From Rhodospirillales bacterium 24-66-33 (lineage in GTDB: Bacteria; Pseudomonadota; Alphaproteobacteria; Reyranellales; Reyranellaceae): DNA of 64,000 nucleotides. The DNA lies in the NCBI GenBank assembly GCA_002281855.1, contig NCHQ01000026.1, positions 12,015 through 76,014 of the forward strand. Reading direction: 5' to 3'. This document shows, piece after piece, positions 36,701-43,820 of the stretch. The position numbers and the translations under genes are program-made. The number at the start of each line of letters is the position of its first letter. Position 1 is the stretch's first letter. Below the pieces are notes generated by a model. The model did not search any database, was not told the DNA's origin, and saw only the letters and a list, made by a program, of their open reading frames with translations.

Positions 36701-36921
36701 CTCCCGCCCGAGGGGACGTTCGCATTGTAGGAGGCATTGCGCAGGACATAGTGGGTGCCGACATGGCTGACGATCTCGGCGCCCCAGATGTTCGTGATGG
36801 CGAAGCCGGCGTCGAATTCGACGGTCCAGCCCCGGGTCCCGGAGGTGCCGCCCTCGACCGTCATGTTGCCGATGAAGCCCGAGCCCCAATTGTCCTTGAC
36901 CGTGTACTTCACCGTCGCCAT
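33787..36921 (-). CDS. Multidomain GH5 glycanase: CBM2-like, 3 Calx-beta repeats, GH5 (apparently nested in a 4th Calx-beta), CBM2-like; no signal peptide
   Basis: A GGAGG SD lies 7 nt upstream of ATG 36921. The N-terminus is MATVKYTVKDNWGSGFIGNMTV...FGFQA. Three repeats of about 111 aa (aa 106-439) carry SGPVTV.YAT.DG.A.AG.DY...GT.TFAAGE. The GH5 blocks are DLHNEPHN (acid/base) and VWIGEFG (nucleophile). The C-terminal module is AIVNSWSGGFNGSVTLEN...FGFVA. Confidence 0.9.
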   Translation of the reverse strand: MATVKYTVKDNWGSGFIGNMTVEGGTSGTRGWTVEFDAGFAITNIWGAEIVSHVGTHYVLRNASYNANVPSGGSVTFGFQATPGATGGTAATGLSLNGEGNEPPVLPTLTVGDASVIEGNSGTKQMVFTVSLSQAATGPVTVAYATADGTATAGQDYVAKSGTITFAAGETEKTVSVTINGDRVAELNETLALRLSAPTGATLADGAAAGTILTDDVIVPKIAIADASMKEGDSGTRDLAFTVTLSEATSGPVTVTYATADGSAKAGADYIAQTGTVTFAAGETSKVINVKVIGDTTVEINEGMKVNLTTATGGKIADGAAVGTIVNDDARISVADATVTEGNNGTSALAFTVTLSAATSGPVTVAYTTANGTAKAGQDYTAQTGTLTFAAGEISKVINVQVSGDTAVESNETLKLTLSSPTGAVIADGVAIGTILNDDNATPTLPTLSISDASVVEGNPGTGAAPGWLSTSGNQIVDSAGHTVQIAGVNWFGFESSTFAPHGLWTRGYKDMMDQMVDLGFNTIRLPFSSEMLHTNAAPNGIDFNKNPDLTGLSALQIMDKIVDYAGQVGLKIILDHHRSNAGAGTSDNGLWYDGQYTQASWVADWKMLAARYADDPTVIGADLHNEPHNGTWGGGGANDWALAAETAGNAIGTVNPNWLIFVEGVGTYKGESYWWGGNLMGVRDRPIDLALDDRLVYSAHDYPNSVYKQPWFQGADFPANLPAKFDQMWGYIYKEGIAPVWIGEFGTKLVDPKDAPWLEAITSYLGGDFDNDGTSDLAPGQKGPSWTFWSWNPNSSDTGGILTDNWTGVNQTKMGYLTPIEYQFHEDAPGDGSAPAGPTASFVLTLSEAATHEVTVDYQTVYGEAGAADFIASNGHVTFAAGEQSKTITIQITSDKLVEGNEHFGVVLTNAVGATISRATGTATIVDDDAAVTPPPTPTPPASSGDVDAVFAIVNSWSGGFNGSVTLENDGPSNVTGWQIKIETSNQITDIWNAVIVSHDASGYVIGNASYNGTIVHDGETSFGFVATGAQDPSAVHIDLLHV
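35605..36606. repeat. Intragenic tandem repeat, three units of about 333/339/330 bp (Calx-beta coding)
   Basis: The units correspond to protein repeats aa 106-216, 217-329 and 330-439. They also show up as three mutually similar antisense ORFs in the track (35474..35785, 35804..36115, 36155..36454), each ending ...SPAAKV.VP.WA. Confidence 0.75.
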
Positions 36922-37001
36922 TGCCTGCCTCCACTCGGTTCCGCGGACTCAAAGTTGCCATCGACTCTCTGACAGTAAATCTTCAGCCGCGGCGCTAGTC
37001 G

Positions 37002-38213
37002 GTGAACGCGGCGGGAAACTCGGCGAACCGTACTGCCCACGGCGGGAAGTGCGGCGCTTGCCTCGCTTCGCCAAATGCCCAATCTTGCGCCGGACTTCCG
37101 CCGCGTCCTCCGGAGTTCACGATCTTGTCCGCTTTCCTGCTTACCCGGTGGAACGGTCTGCCCCTGTTCTGGCGGGCCCAGCTTGCGGGATGGGGACTCT
37201 TCGCGATTGTGAATGTCATGGCGCAGCGCGTGGCCTTCCACAGCTACGGCGTCGCCTTCGCCCGCACCGGCCTCATCCTTCTGTGTCTTGTGATGATCTC
37301 GACGGCGATGCACGCCGTTTACGTCTCGCGACGTTTCGAGGCCCGTGTGTCGCTCGGGGGCATGGCGCTGATCGGCCTGCTGTCGCTTCTCGGCGCGCTG
37401 GCGACCGCGACCGCGATCGTGGCCGCGCACGAAGCCCTTCCCTGGCTGGTGACGCCCGATCGGCGCGGGACCGAGGAATTCCTCATCCCCCTCGTGCATT
37501 ATTTCTTCGTCCTGGCGGGATGGAGCCTCGCCTATTTCTGGCTGCGCGCCGAACTGGCGGAGCAGGCCGAGCACCGCAAGGCCATGCGTGCGCAGGCTGA
37601 GACCCTGCGGGCCGAACTCGAGCAACTGCGGCTCCAGCTCGACCCGCACTTTCTCTTCAACGCCCTGAACGGGGTCGCCGAGGAGATCCCCGAGCACCCG
37701 GCGGCCGCCCTCGAGATGCTGCGCAACCTCAGCGCCTACCTGCGCCATTCGCTCGACGGGATCGATCATACGGTCGTAACCGTTTCGAAAGAAGTTGCCG
37801 GCTTGATGGCCTATCTCGGCGTCCAGAGGGCGCGCTTCGGTAACCGCCTGCACGCGCGTCTCGACGTGATGCCCGAGGCCGCACAATGGCGCATCGCGAG
37901 TTTCCTGCTGCAGCCGCTGGTGGAGAATGCCGTGAAGCACGGCCGGCGCGACGATGGCCTCGACCTCCGCATCGACATTCGCCTGTCGGGCGATACGCTT
38001 CACGTCGAGGTCGAGAATAGCGGCGCGCTCGACGGGACGCCGCGACCGGCGCACCGCCGGCGCCCGGGTATCGGGGTGGAGAACGTGCGCCGTCGTCTCG
38101 CGCTGCACTATCCGGACCGGCATGCCTTCAGCCTAACCGAGATCGGCGAGCATGCCGGGGACAAGAAAGTGATCGCGACACTCGAACTCAAGGGCGAGCC
38201 GTGCGGGTCCTGA
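37002..38213 (+). CDS. LytS/YehU-type sensor histidine kinase (His_kinase domain)
   Basis: Several N-terminal TM helices are followed by LRLQLDPHFLFNALNGV (H-box of the LytS family) and LLQPLVENAVKHG (N-box). The start is uncertain: GTG 37002, or in-frame TTG 37125 with GGAG 10 nt upstream. Confidence 0.85.
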   Translation: MNAAGNSANRTAHGGKCGACLASPNAQSCAGLPPRPPEFTILSAFLLTRWNGLPLFWRAQLAGWGLFAIVNVMAQRVAFHSYGVAFARTGLILLCLVMISTAMHAVYVSRRFEARVSLGGMALIGLLSLLGALATATAIVAAHEALPWLVTPDRRGTEEFLIPLVHYFFVLAGWSLAYFWLRAELAEQAEHRKAMRAQAETLRAELEQLRLQLDPHFLFNALNGVAEEIPEHPAAALEMLRNLSAYLRHSLDGIDHTVVTVSKEVAGLMAYLGVQRARFGNRLHARLDVMPEAAQWRIASFLLQPLVENAVKHGRRDDGLDLRIDIRLSGDTLHVEVENSGALDGTPRPAHRRRPGIGVENVRRRLALHYPDRHAFSLTEIGEHAGDKKVIATLELKGEPCGS

Positions 38214-38914
38214 TCGTCGACGACGAGCCGCTGGCCCGCAGCGCCCTGCGGCGGCTGCTTGCGGCTCATGCCCAGGTGGAGATCGTCGGCGAAGCCGACA
38301 GTACCGAAGCCGCCCGCCAACAGGTCGCGAGCACCCAGCCCGACCTCGTTCTCCTCGACATCGAGCTGGGCGGCGGCCGCGACGGTTTCGACCTGCTCGA
38401 CTCGCTGGTGCGCCGGCCCATCGTGGTCTTCGTCACGGCCTATGCCGAACACGCGGTCGATGCCTTTGCCGTCGAAGCCGTCGATTTTCTGCTCAAGCCG
38501 GTGGAGCCGGCGCGCCTCGAACGGGCACTTGCGCGCGCGGCGCGGGAGATTGCCCTGTCGGCGCGGCCGCCAGGTCCCGGGGCGATCGAGCTGCGGACAC
38601 CGCGTCGAACGTTGCTGGTCGCGCCGGCCGAGATCGTGGCGCTCTGCGCCGACGGCGATTTCGTGCGCGTGTTCGTGGCCGGGCAGCCGCCGGTGATGAT
38701 CCTGCGCACGCTGGCGCATTTCGAAGAGGTGCTGCCGGCCGACTCGTTCGTGCGGCTGGGCCGGTCGGTGATGATCAATCGCGACCGGTTGCGCCGCTTC
38801 GATGCGCCGACGCGGTCGACCAGCCGGCTCTTCCTCGAAGGCATGACCGATCCGCTCGTCATCGGCCGCGCGGCAACGGCCCGTCTGCGCGAGGTGCTGG
38901 CGGATAAAGGCTGA
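38201..38914 (+). CDS. LytR/AlgR-family response regulator (receiver plus LytTR DNA-binding domain)
   Basis: MRVLIVDDEPLAR...DLVLLDIELGG is the receiver, with the phospho-Asp in LLDI. The C-terminal LytTR-type block is ...IVALCADGDFVRVF...FVRLGRSVMINRD. There is a 13-nt overlap with the kinase gene. Confidence 0.9.
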   Translation: MRVLIVDDEPLARSALRRLLAAHAQVEIVGEADSTEAARQQVASTQPDLVLLDIELGGGRDGFDLLDSLVRRPIVVFVTAYAEHAVDAFAVEAVDFLLKPVEPARLERALARAAREIALSARPPGPGAIELRTPRRTLLVAPAEIVALCADGDFVRVFVAGQPPVMILRTLAHFEEVLPADSFVRLGRSVMINRDRLRRFDAPTRSTSRLFLEGMTDPLVIGRAATARLREVLADKG

Positions 38915-38978
38915 CCGTCCGGGGCGGTCTGGCACCGAAGCTGCAAGGCTCCTGCCGCAAACGTCGCGGGAGGACCCC

Positions 38979-39962
38979 ATGAAGGCCGTCGTCATTCATG
39001 CCACCGGAGGACCCGAGCAACTCGTGCTGGCCGATCTGCCGGATCCGGTGCCCGGAGCGGGCGAGGTCCTGATCGACGTCGCCTATGCCGGCTGTAACTG
39101 GGCCGACACGCAGGTTCGCATGGGTATCTATCCGCATCCCATGACCTATCCGATGGTGCTGGGCTTCGAGGTCTCGGGGACGGTGGCCGCCGTGGGGCCC
39201 GGCGTGACGGGCGTCGAGGTGGGCGATCGCGTCGCGACCTTCCCGGAGAAAGGCGGCGCCTATGCGGAGAAGTGCGTCGCCTCGGCCACGGGCCTGATCA
39301 AGCTGCCGGATGCGGTCGGCCTGGACGTAGGGGCGGCCTTTCCCATCCAGGCGCTGACCGCCTGGCACATGATGTGGACGATCTATGGTGGCATCGGGCC
39401 GGGCGATACGGTGCTGGTGAACGCGATCGGCGGCGGCGTCGGGCTGATGTGCACTCAGCTTGCCGTCCATGCCGGCGCGCGCGTGATCGGCACGACGGGG
39501 ACGCCGGGCAAGGAGGCCAAGGCCCTGGCTTACGGCGCCTCGCGGGTCGTAGTGACCTCGCAGGAGGATTTCGAGCCTGCCGTGCTCGACTTCACCGGGG
39601 GCAAGGGCGTCGAGCTGGCGATCGATTCCTACGGCGCCACGATGCTCGACCGCACCTTCGGGGTCGTGAAGATGCTGGGCCACATCATCAGCATCGGCGA
39701 AGCCGAGGGGCAGCCGTTGAAGAACATCCGCGAGCGCATCCTGCCGCGATCCCAGACCTTCACCCGCCTGCATCTCGGCCATATCGACCAGACGTCGGCC
39801 GAATGGCGGCAGGGCGTCGACCAGGTGATGGCCGGTCTCGTCGAGGGCTGGCTCAAAGTGCCCATCGAGGGTGTGTTCCCGCTCAGCCAGGCGGCGGAGA
39901 TGCACCGCCGCCTCGAAGGCCGGGGCGTGGCCGGCAAGCTGCTGCTGAAAGCAGGTGGCTAA
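38979..39962 (+). CDS. NADPH:quinone reductase / zinc-type alcohol dehydrogenase-like (MDR superfamily)
   Basis: MKAVVIHATGGPEQLVLADLPDP.PG.GEVLIDV and GFEVSGTVAAVG fit the family. The NAD(P) motif is AIGGGVG. Confidence 0.85.
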   Translation: MKAVVIHATGGPEQLVLADLPDPVPGAGEVLIDVAYAGCNWADTQVRMGIYPHPMTYPMVLGFEVSGTVAAVGPGVTGVEVGDRVATFPEKGGAYAEKCVASATGLIKLPDAVGLDVGAAFPIQALTAWHMMWTIYGGIGPGDTVLVNAIGGGVGLMCTQLAVHAGARVIGTTGTPGKEAKALAYGASRVVVTSQEDFEPAVLDFTGGKGVELAIDSYGATMLDRTFGVVKMLGHIISIGEAEGQPLKNIRERILPRSQTFTRLHLGHIDQTSAEWRQGVDQVMAGLVEGWLKVPIEGVFPLSQAAEMHRRLEGRGVAGKLLLKAGG

Positions 39963-40001
39963 AATTCTTCTCCTCCCCGTCAAACGGGGGAGGAATTTGA
40001 T

Positions 40002-41591
40002 TCAGCGATCCAGCCAGACGTCCTCGAAGCGCCAGTTGTTGTAGATGCTGTTGATGTGCAGCGTCACGTTCTTGACGTGCGGCTGCCAGCAGCCGGCGAT
40101 GCGGCCGTGGCTGATGATCGGTCGCGCCACGTCCTCCTGCAGCTTGCGGTCGATCTCCCAGACCATCTCCTGGCGCTTCCTGCGGTCGGTTTCGCGCGAC
40201 TGTTCCTCGAAGAGCTTGGTCATCTCCGGGTCGCAGTAGTTGTTGTAATTGCGCAGCGAGCCGCAGGCGTAGCCCTCGAACAGGGTCACGTCCGGATCGT
40301 CGACCGCGCTGCCGGTGAGGTTGAGCGCGACGACATAGTCCTTCTTGAAGACGCGGTTGTAGTAGATCGTCGTATCGATGATCTCGAGTTCGGCATCGAT
40401 CCAGATCTGCTTGAGCTGGTCGATCAGGATCACCGCGGGATCCTTGAAGGTGGCGATGTTGCGGGTGCTGACCTTCAGCTTGAGCCGCTTGTCGGGCCCA
40501 TAGCCCGCCTCCTTCATCAGCGTGCGGGCCTCCTCGCGGGACTTATCAACGTCGCCATAGCCGATCAGACCCTTAAGCTTCTCCGCAGGCAGGCCCCAGA
40601 CGCCGTCGGGCGGCGGCAGCAGGGCGCCACCCATCCTGCCTTCGCCTTCGCTCAGGATCCTGATGAAGGCGTCGCGGTCGAGCGTCAGTGCCATGGCGCG
40701 GCGGATCTTGGGATTGTCGAAGGGCGCGACCTCTCGATTGATGATAAGGTTGGTGCTGACGCCGCTCTCGCGCATCGTGCACTGCGCCTGGGGAGCGTCG
40801 CGCTTGATGTTCTTCAGTAACGGCACGGTGATGTCGGCGGGAAACGTCATGTCGAACCTGCCGGCGACGAACGACAGCATGCGTGTCGAGCGGTCGGCGA
40901 TGATCGAGAACTCGATGGCATCGAGATACGGGCGTCCCGGCTTCCAGTAATCCGGATTCTTAACCAGCTTGATGCCCTCGTTCATCCTGAAGTCAGCCAG
41001 TTTGAACGGCCCGGTGCCGACCGGCTTGCGCCGCATGTCGGCGGCCGGCACGTGGCAGGGATAGATCGGCGTGTAACCGGAGGCGAGCAATGCCAGCAGC
41101 GATGGTTGCGGCTGCTTCAGGTGGAAGGTCACCTGCGACGGGCCGTCGGCGGTCACCTTCTCGACATTGGTGTACCAGGCGCGGCGCGGATTGCGGCGCA
41201 GTCGGTCGGGCGTGAGGATGAGATCGAAAGTGCAGGCCACGTCTGCCGCCGAGAAGGGCTTGCCGTCGTGCCACTTCACGCCGTCGCGGGTCTTGAAGAC
41301 GAGCTTGCGTCCCTCGTCCTTGGTTTCCCAGCCCGTCGCGAGGTCGGGCACGATGGACTCGAGGCTGTTCTTCGGAACGTTCTGATCGAAGACCACGAGG
41401 TTGTTGTAGATCGCCATGAAGGGGACGGCGACCGAGACGGTCGATTCCTCATGGATGGAGGCGCTGGGCGGCGTGTCCATGTGCTGTATGCGCAGCGTGC
41501 CGCCGCTTTTCTGGGCCCATCCGGTGCCGGACCATCCGATGAGGGCTGCTGCGATGCAGATCGAAACGAAACGCGTCTTTGCGACTTTCAT
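40002..41591 (-). CDS. ABC transporter substrate-binding protein, family 5 (peptide/nickel/opine type); no permease or ATPase adjacent
   Basis: The start is MKVAKTRFVSICIAAALIGWSGTGWAQ (signal peptide; ATG 41591). GGTLRI and WHDGKPFSAADV are typical SBP_bac_5 blocks. Confidence 0.9.
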   Translation of the reverse strand: MKVAKTRFVSICIAAALIGWSGTGWAQKSGGTLRIQHMDTPPSASIHEESTVSVAVPFMAIYNNLVVFDQNVPKNSLESIVPDLATGWETKDEGRKLVFKTRDGVKWHDGKPFSAADVACTFDLILTPDRLRRNPRRAWYTNVEKVTADGPSQVTFHLKQPQPSLLALLASGYTPIYPCHVPAADMRRKPVGTGPFKLADFRMNEGIKLVKNPDYWKPGRPYLDAIEFSIIADRSTRMLSFVAGRFDMTFPADITVPLLKNIKRDAPQAQCTMRESGVSTNLIINREVAPFDNPKIRRAMALTLDRDAFIRILSEGEGRMGGALLPPPDGVWGLPAEKLKGLIGYGDVDKSREEARTLMKEAGYGPDKRLKLKVSTRNIATFKDPAVILIDQLKQIWIDAELEIIDTTIYYNRVFKKDYVVALNLTGSAVDDPDVTLFEGYACGSLRNYNNYCDPEMTKLFEEQSRETDRRKRQEMVWEIDRKLQEDVARPIISHGRIAGCWQPHVKNVTLHINSIYNNWRFEDVWLDR

Positions 41592-41744
41592 TGTGGTTTC
41601 CTCCGACGATGTCTTGTTGTTGGTGCTCTGGTCTCCGTTGGTTTGCAGTGCGAATGAAAGCCTAGACCGGGCGCCGCCGTGGTGTCGACCCGCCGCCACG
41701 GTCTGCTATCGTCCGCCGCCGTTTCGGAATTCGAGGAGAGTCCA

Positions 41745-42611
41745 GTGACCACTGCCCCCCAGCGCCTGCGCGCCCTGCTGGCCGAGCCCGGCCTCGTCGT
41801 CATGCCGGCCGTGTGGGATGGGCTCACCGCCAAGCTGACCTATGGCGAGGGCTTCAAGACCGCCTTCCTCTCGGGCTCCTGCGTCGCCGCCAGCCGCCTC
41901 GGCGGTCCCGACCTCGATCTCGTCTCGTTCGGCGAGATGTTCGATTCCTTCAACATGGTGCACAGCGCGGCGCCCGACCTGCTGGTGCTGGCCGACGGCG
42001 ATCATGGATACGGCAATGCGATGAACGTTCAGCGCACCGTCAGCGCCTATGGCCGCGCCGGCGCCGCCGCGGTGCTCATCGAGGACAAGATCACGCCGCG
42101 TGCGCTCACGGCCGCCGGCAAGCCCTGTCTGCCGCGCGAGGAAGCGCGCATGAAGATCCGCGCCGCCGTCCAGGCCGCCAGGGAGTCGGGCATCCTCGTG
42201 CTGGCGCGCACCGACTGCCGCCCGACGCAGGGCATCGACGAGGCCGTCGCGCGCATCGAGATGTATGTCGAGGAAGGCGCCGACATCCTGTTCCTCGACT
42301 CGCCGGCCGACGACGAGGAGATCAAGCGTGGGATCGCCGCCGCCAAGGGGAAGCCGTCCTTTGCCGTCCTGTCGCCCGGTGCGCCGCGCGCCACGCCTTC
42401 GCAGAAGGAAGCTCTCGCGCTCGGCTTCAAGATCGGCACCTATCCGACGGGCATGCTCTCACCGGCCGCCGCCGGAATGAAGGCGGGCCTGGCGGCGCTC
42501 AAGGCCGGGGAGGCAGAAAGCAAGAGTGCGCTGTCGCCGGCCGATCTGCGCGCGACCTTGGGCTATGCCGACTACGATACCGCGGCGAAGCCTTTCATCG
42601 TGAAGGCCTGA
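41745..42611 (+). CDS. Isocitrate lyase / PEP mutase family protein (2-methylisocitrate-lyase / carboxyvinyl-carboxyphosphonate-phosphorylmutase-like)
   Basis: The start is placed at GTG 41745 (GAGGAGAG SD). Blocks are LVVMPAVWDGLTA, ADGDHGYGN, AAVLIEDK, LARTD and ADILFLDSP. Confidence 0.8.
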   Translation: MTTAPQRLRALLAEPGLVVMPAVWDGLTAKLTYGEGFKTAFLSGSCVAASRLGGPDLDLVSFGEMFDSFNMVHSAAPDLLVLADGDHGYGNAMNVQRTVSAYGRAGAAAVLIEDKITPRALTAAGKPCLPREEARMKIRAAVQAARESGILVLARTDCRPTQGIDEAVARIEMYVEEGADILFLDSPADDEEIKRGIAAAKGKPSFAVLSPGAPRATPSQKEALALGFKIGTYPTGMLSPAAAGMKAGLAALKAGEAESKSALSPADLRATLGYADYDTAAKPFIVKA

Positions 42612-42620
42612 CGTCGGCCC

Positions 42621-43061
42621 ATGAAGCGCAAGACCAGCAAGGCATTCGTCTATCTCGGCGCCTCCTCGATTCACGGTCTCGGCTGCTTTGCCGACATCGA
42701 CATCAAGAAGGACGAGCTGGTCCGGGTGTGGGACGGCAAGGACAGCCGCTTTATTCCCGTCGCGAGGGCTCATGCCTCGCCGCAGGTGCATCTCATCAAG
42801 CGCTTCGGCATCCGGACCGCGCGCGGATACTGGGTGCCGCTCGATTTCCTGCGCATTTCGACCGGCTGGTACATGAACCACGCGGCCGAGCCCAACATCG
42901 GCTCCGACGACGGTGACGTGACCTACTACGCCCTGCGCGACATCGAGGCCGGCGAGGAACTCACCATGGACTACCGGCTCATGGACGAGGATTACGACAA
43001 TCTGGACCGTGACGAGGTCGTCCCGGCCGCCGCGCGGCCGAAATCGCGCCGTCGCCGCTGA
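42621..43061 (+). CDS. SET-domain protein (putative protein-lysine methyltransferase)
   Basis: IHGLGCFA...I.K.ELV matches the SET N-region. GWYMNHAAEPN matches NH(S/A)xxPN. ALRDIEAGEELTMDY matches the (E)ELTxDY catalytic-Tyr block. The gene starts 9 nt after the upstream stop. Confidence 0.75.
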   Translation: MKRKTSKAFVYLGASSIHGLGCFADIDIKKDELVRVWDGKDSRFIPVARAHASPQVHLIKRFGIRTARGYWVPLDFLRISTGWYMNHAAEPNIGSDDGDVTYYALRDIEAGEELTMDYRLMDEDYDNLDRDEVVPAAARPKSRRRR

Positions 43062-43120
43062 GCAGCGGTTTCGGCAACCCGCCGGGCGCCTCCCCGTTCG
43101 CTTCCGAAGAGGAGAGCGAC

Positions 43121-43300
43121 ATGAACCAGGATCCGAACCCCAAACCCCGCGACGGCGACAATCTCGACGTCGAGCGCGGGCCTGATATCGAGGAGCGCGT
43201 GCCGCCCCGCGATGGAGACACGTCCCGGACCGTCGGGCCCGAAGACGAGGATCGGCGCGTGCGACCGGGCGAAAAGCGGCCGCACGGAACGATGCCCTGA
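43121..43300 (+). CDS. Small hydrophilic protein, 59 aa, with internal PRDGD repeat (below the ORF-track cutoff)
   Basis: A GAGGAGAG SD ends 5 nt upstream of ATG 43121. The translation is MNQDPNPKPRDGDNLDVERGPDIEERVPPRDGDTSRTVGPEDEDRRVRPGEKRPHGTMP. Third codon positions are overwhelmingly G/C. Confidence 0.45.
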   Translation: MNQDPNPKPRDGDNLDVERGPDIEERVPPRDGDTSRTVGPEDEDRRVRPGEKRPHGTMP

Positions 43301-43308
43301 GCCGTAAG

Positions 43309-43740
43309 CTACAGGTGGTCCTTCTCGAAATCCTCGCAGGACAGGCCTAGCGCGGACAGGCCGTCGGCCAGATGATCGGCGAGCAGGGGCTGGCCGAGCA
43401 GATAGGCCGAGGTCCGGTCGTTGCGCGCGTCCCGGGCCTGGGTGCGGAGATCCTCCCAGTCATCGAGGTCGCCGTCGCCGCGGCCGAGCCACAGCAAGGC
43501 CACAAGATCGACCTGCTCATCCTCGTCGAGCGCCGCGATGAAGGCCACGAGTTCGGCCTGGGTCGGATCGTCCTCGTGTTCTTCCAGGATCGAGACCCCG
43601 CCATCGTCGGCGGCATTCGAGGCTGAATCGGGATCCGTCTCGACATCCTGAACGTCGAATTCTCGTGCCTTCACGATGATGTGGCAAACCATGTCGGTCG
43701 CGATCGCGAGAGCGGGCGGGTTCGTGAGGCCGTCGGACAT
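43309..43740 (-). CDS. DUF3775-family protein
   Basis: The start is MSDGLTNPPALAI (ATG 43740). The acidic block is ELVAFIAALDEDEQVDLVALLWLGRGD, followed by YLLG.PLLADHL, as in DUF3775 proteins. The 393-aa track ORF upstream of this is Arg/Pro-rich read-through. Confidence 0.7.
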   Translation of the reverse strand: MSDGLTNPPALAIATDMVCHIIVKAREFDVQDVETDPDSASNAADDGGVSILEEHEDDPTQAELVAFIAALDEDEQVDLVALLWLGRGDGDLDDWEDLRTQARDARNDRTSAYLLGQPLLADHLADGLSALGLSCEDFEKDHL

Positions 43741-43820
43741 CGAGCGTCTCCAGAGGGTCTGCAGGTCAGGCCGTCCAACGATTGGCCCTCCGATACGTTC
43801 CGGAAGGGACGTCCGCAGCA

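Noticed and set aside
33808-36961. Long ORFs overlapping the glycanase gene (33808..35694 +, 35156..36961 -, and the three similar 100-aa + ORFs at 35474..36454).
   Set aside because: They are alternative-frame or antisense readings of the GH5/Calx-beta gene. Their internal similarity only mirrors the sense-strand tandem repeats.
42979-43285. Minus-strand ORFs 42979..43221 and 42992..43285 opposite the SET tail and the small PRDGD ORF.
   Set aside because: Their composition is Arg/Pro/Ser/Gly-rich and they have no SD. They sit antisense to better-supported + strand coding sequence with a strong SD and GC3 bias.
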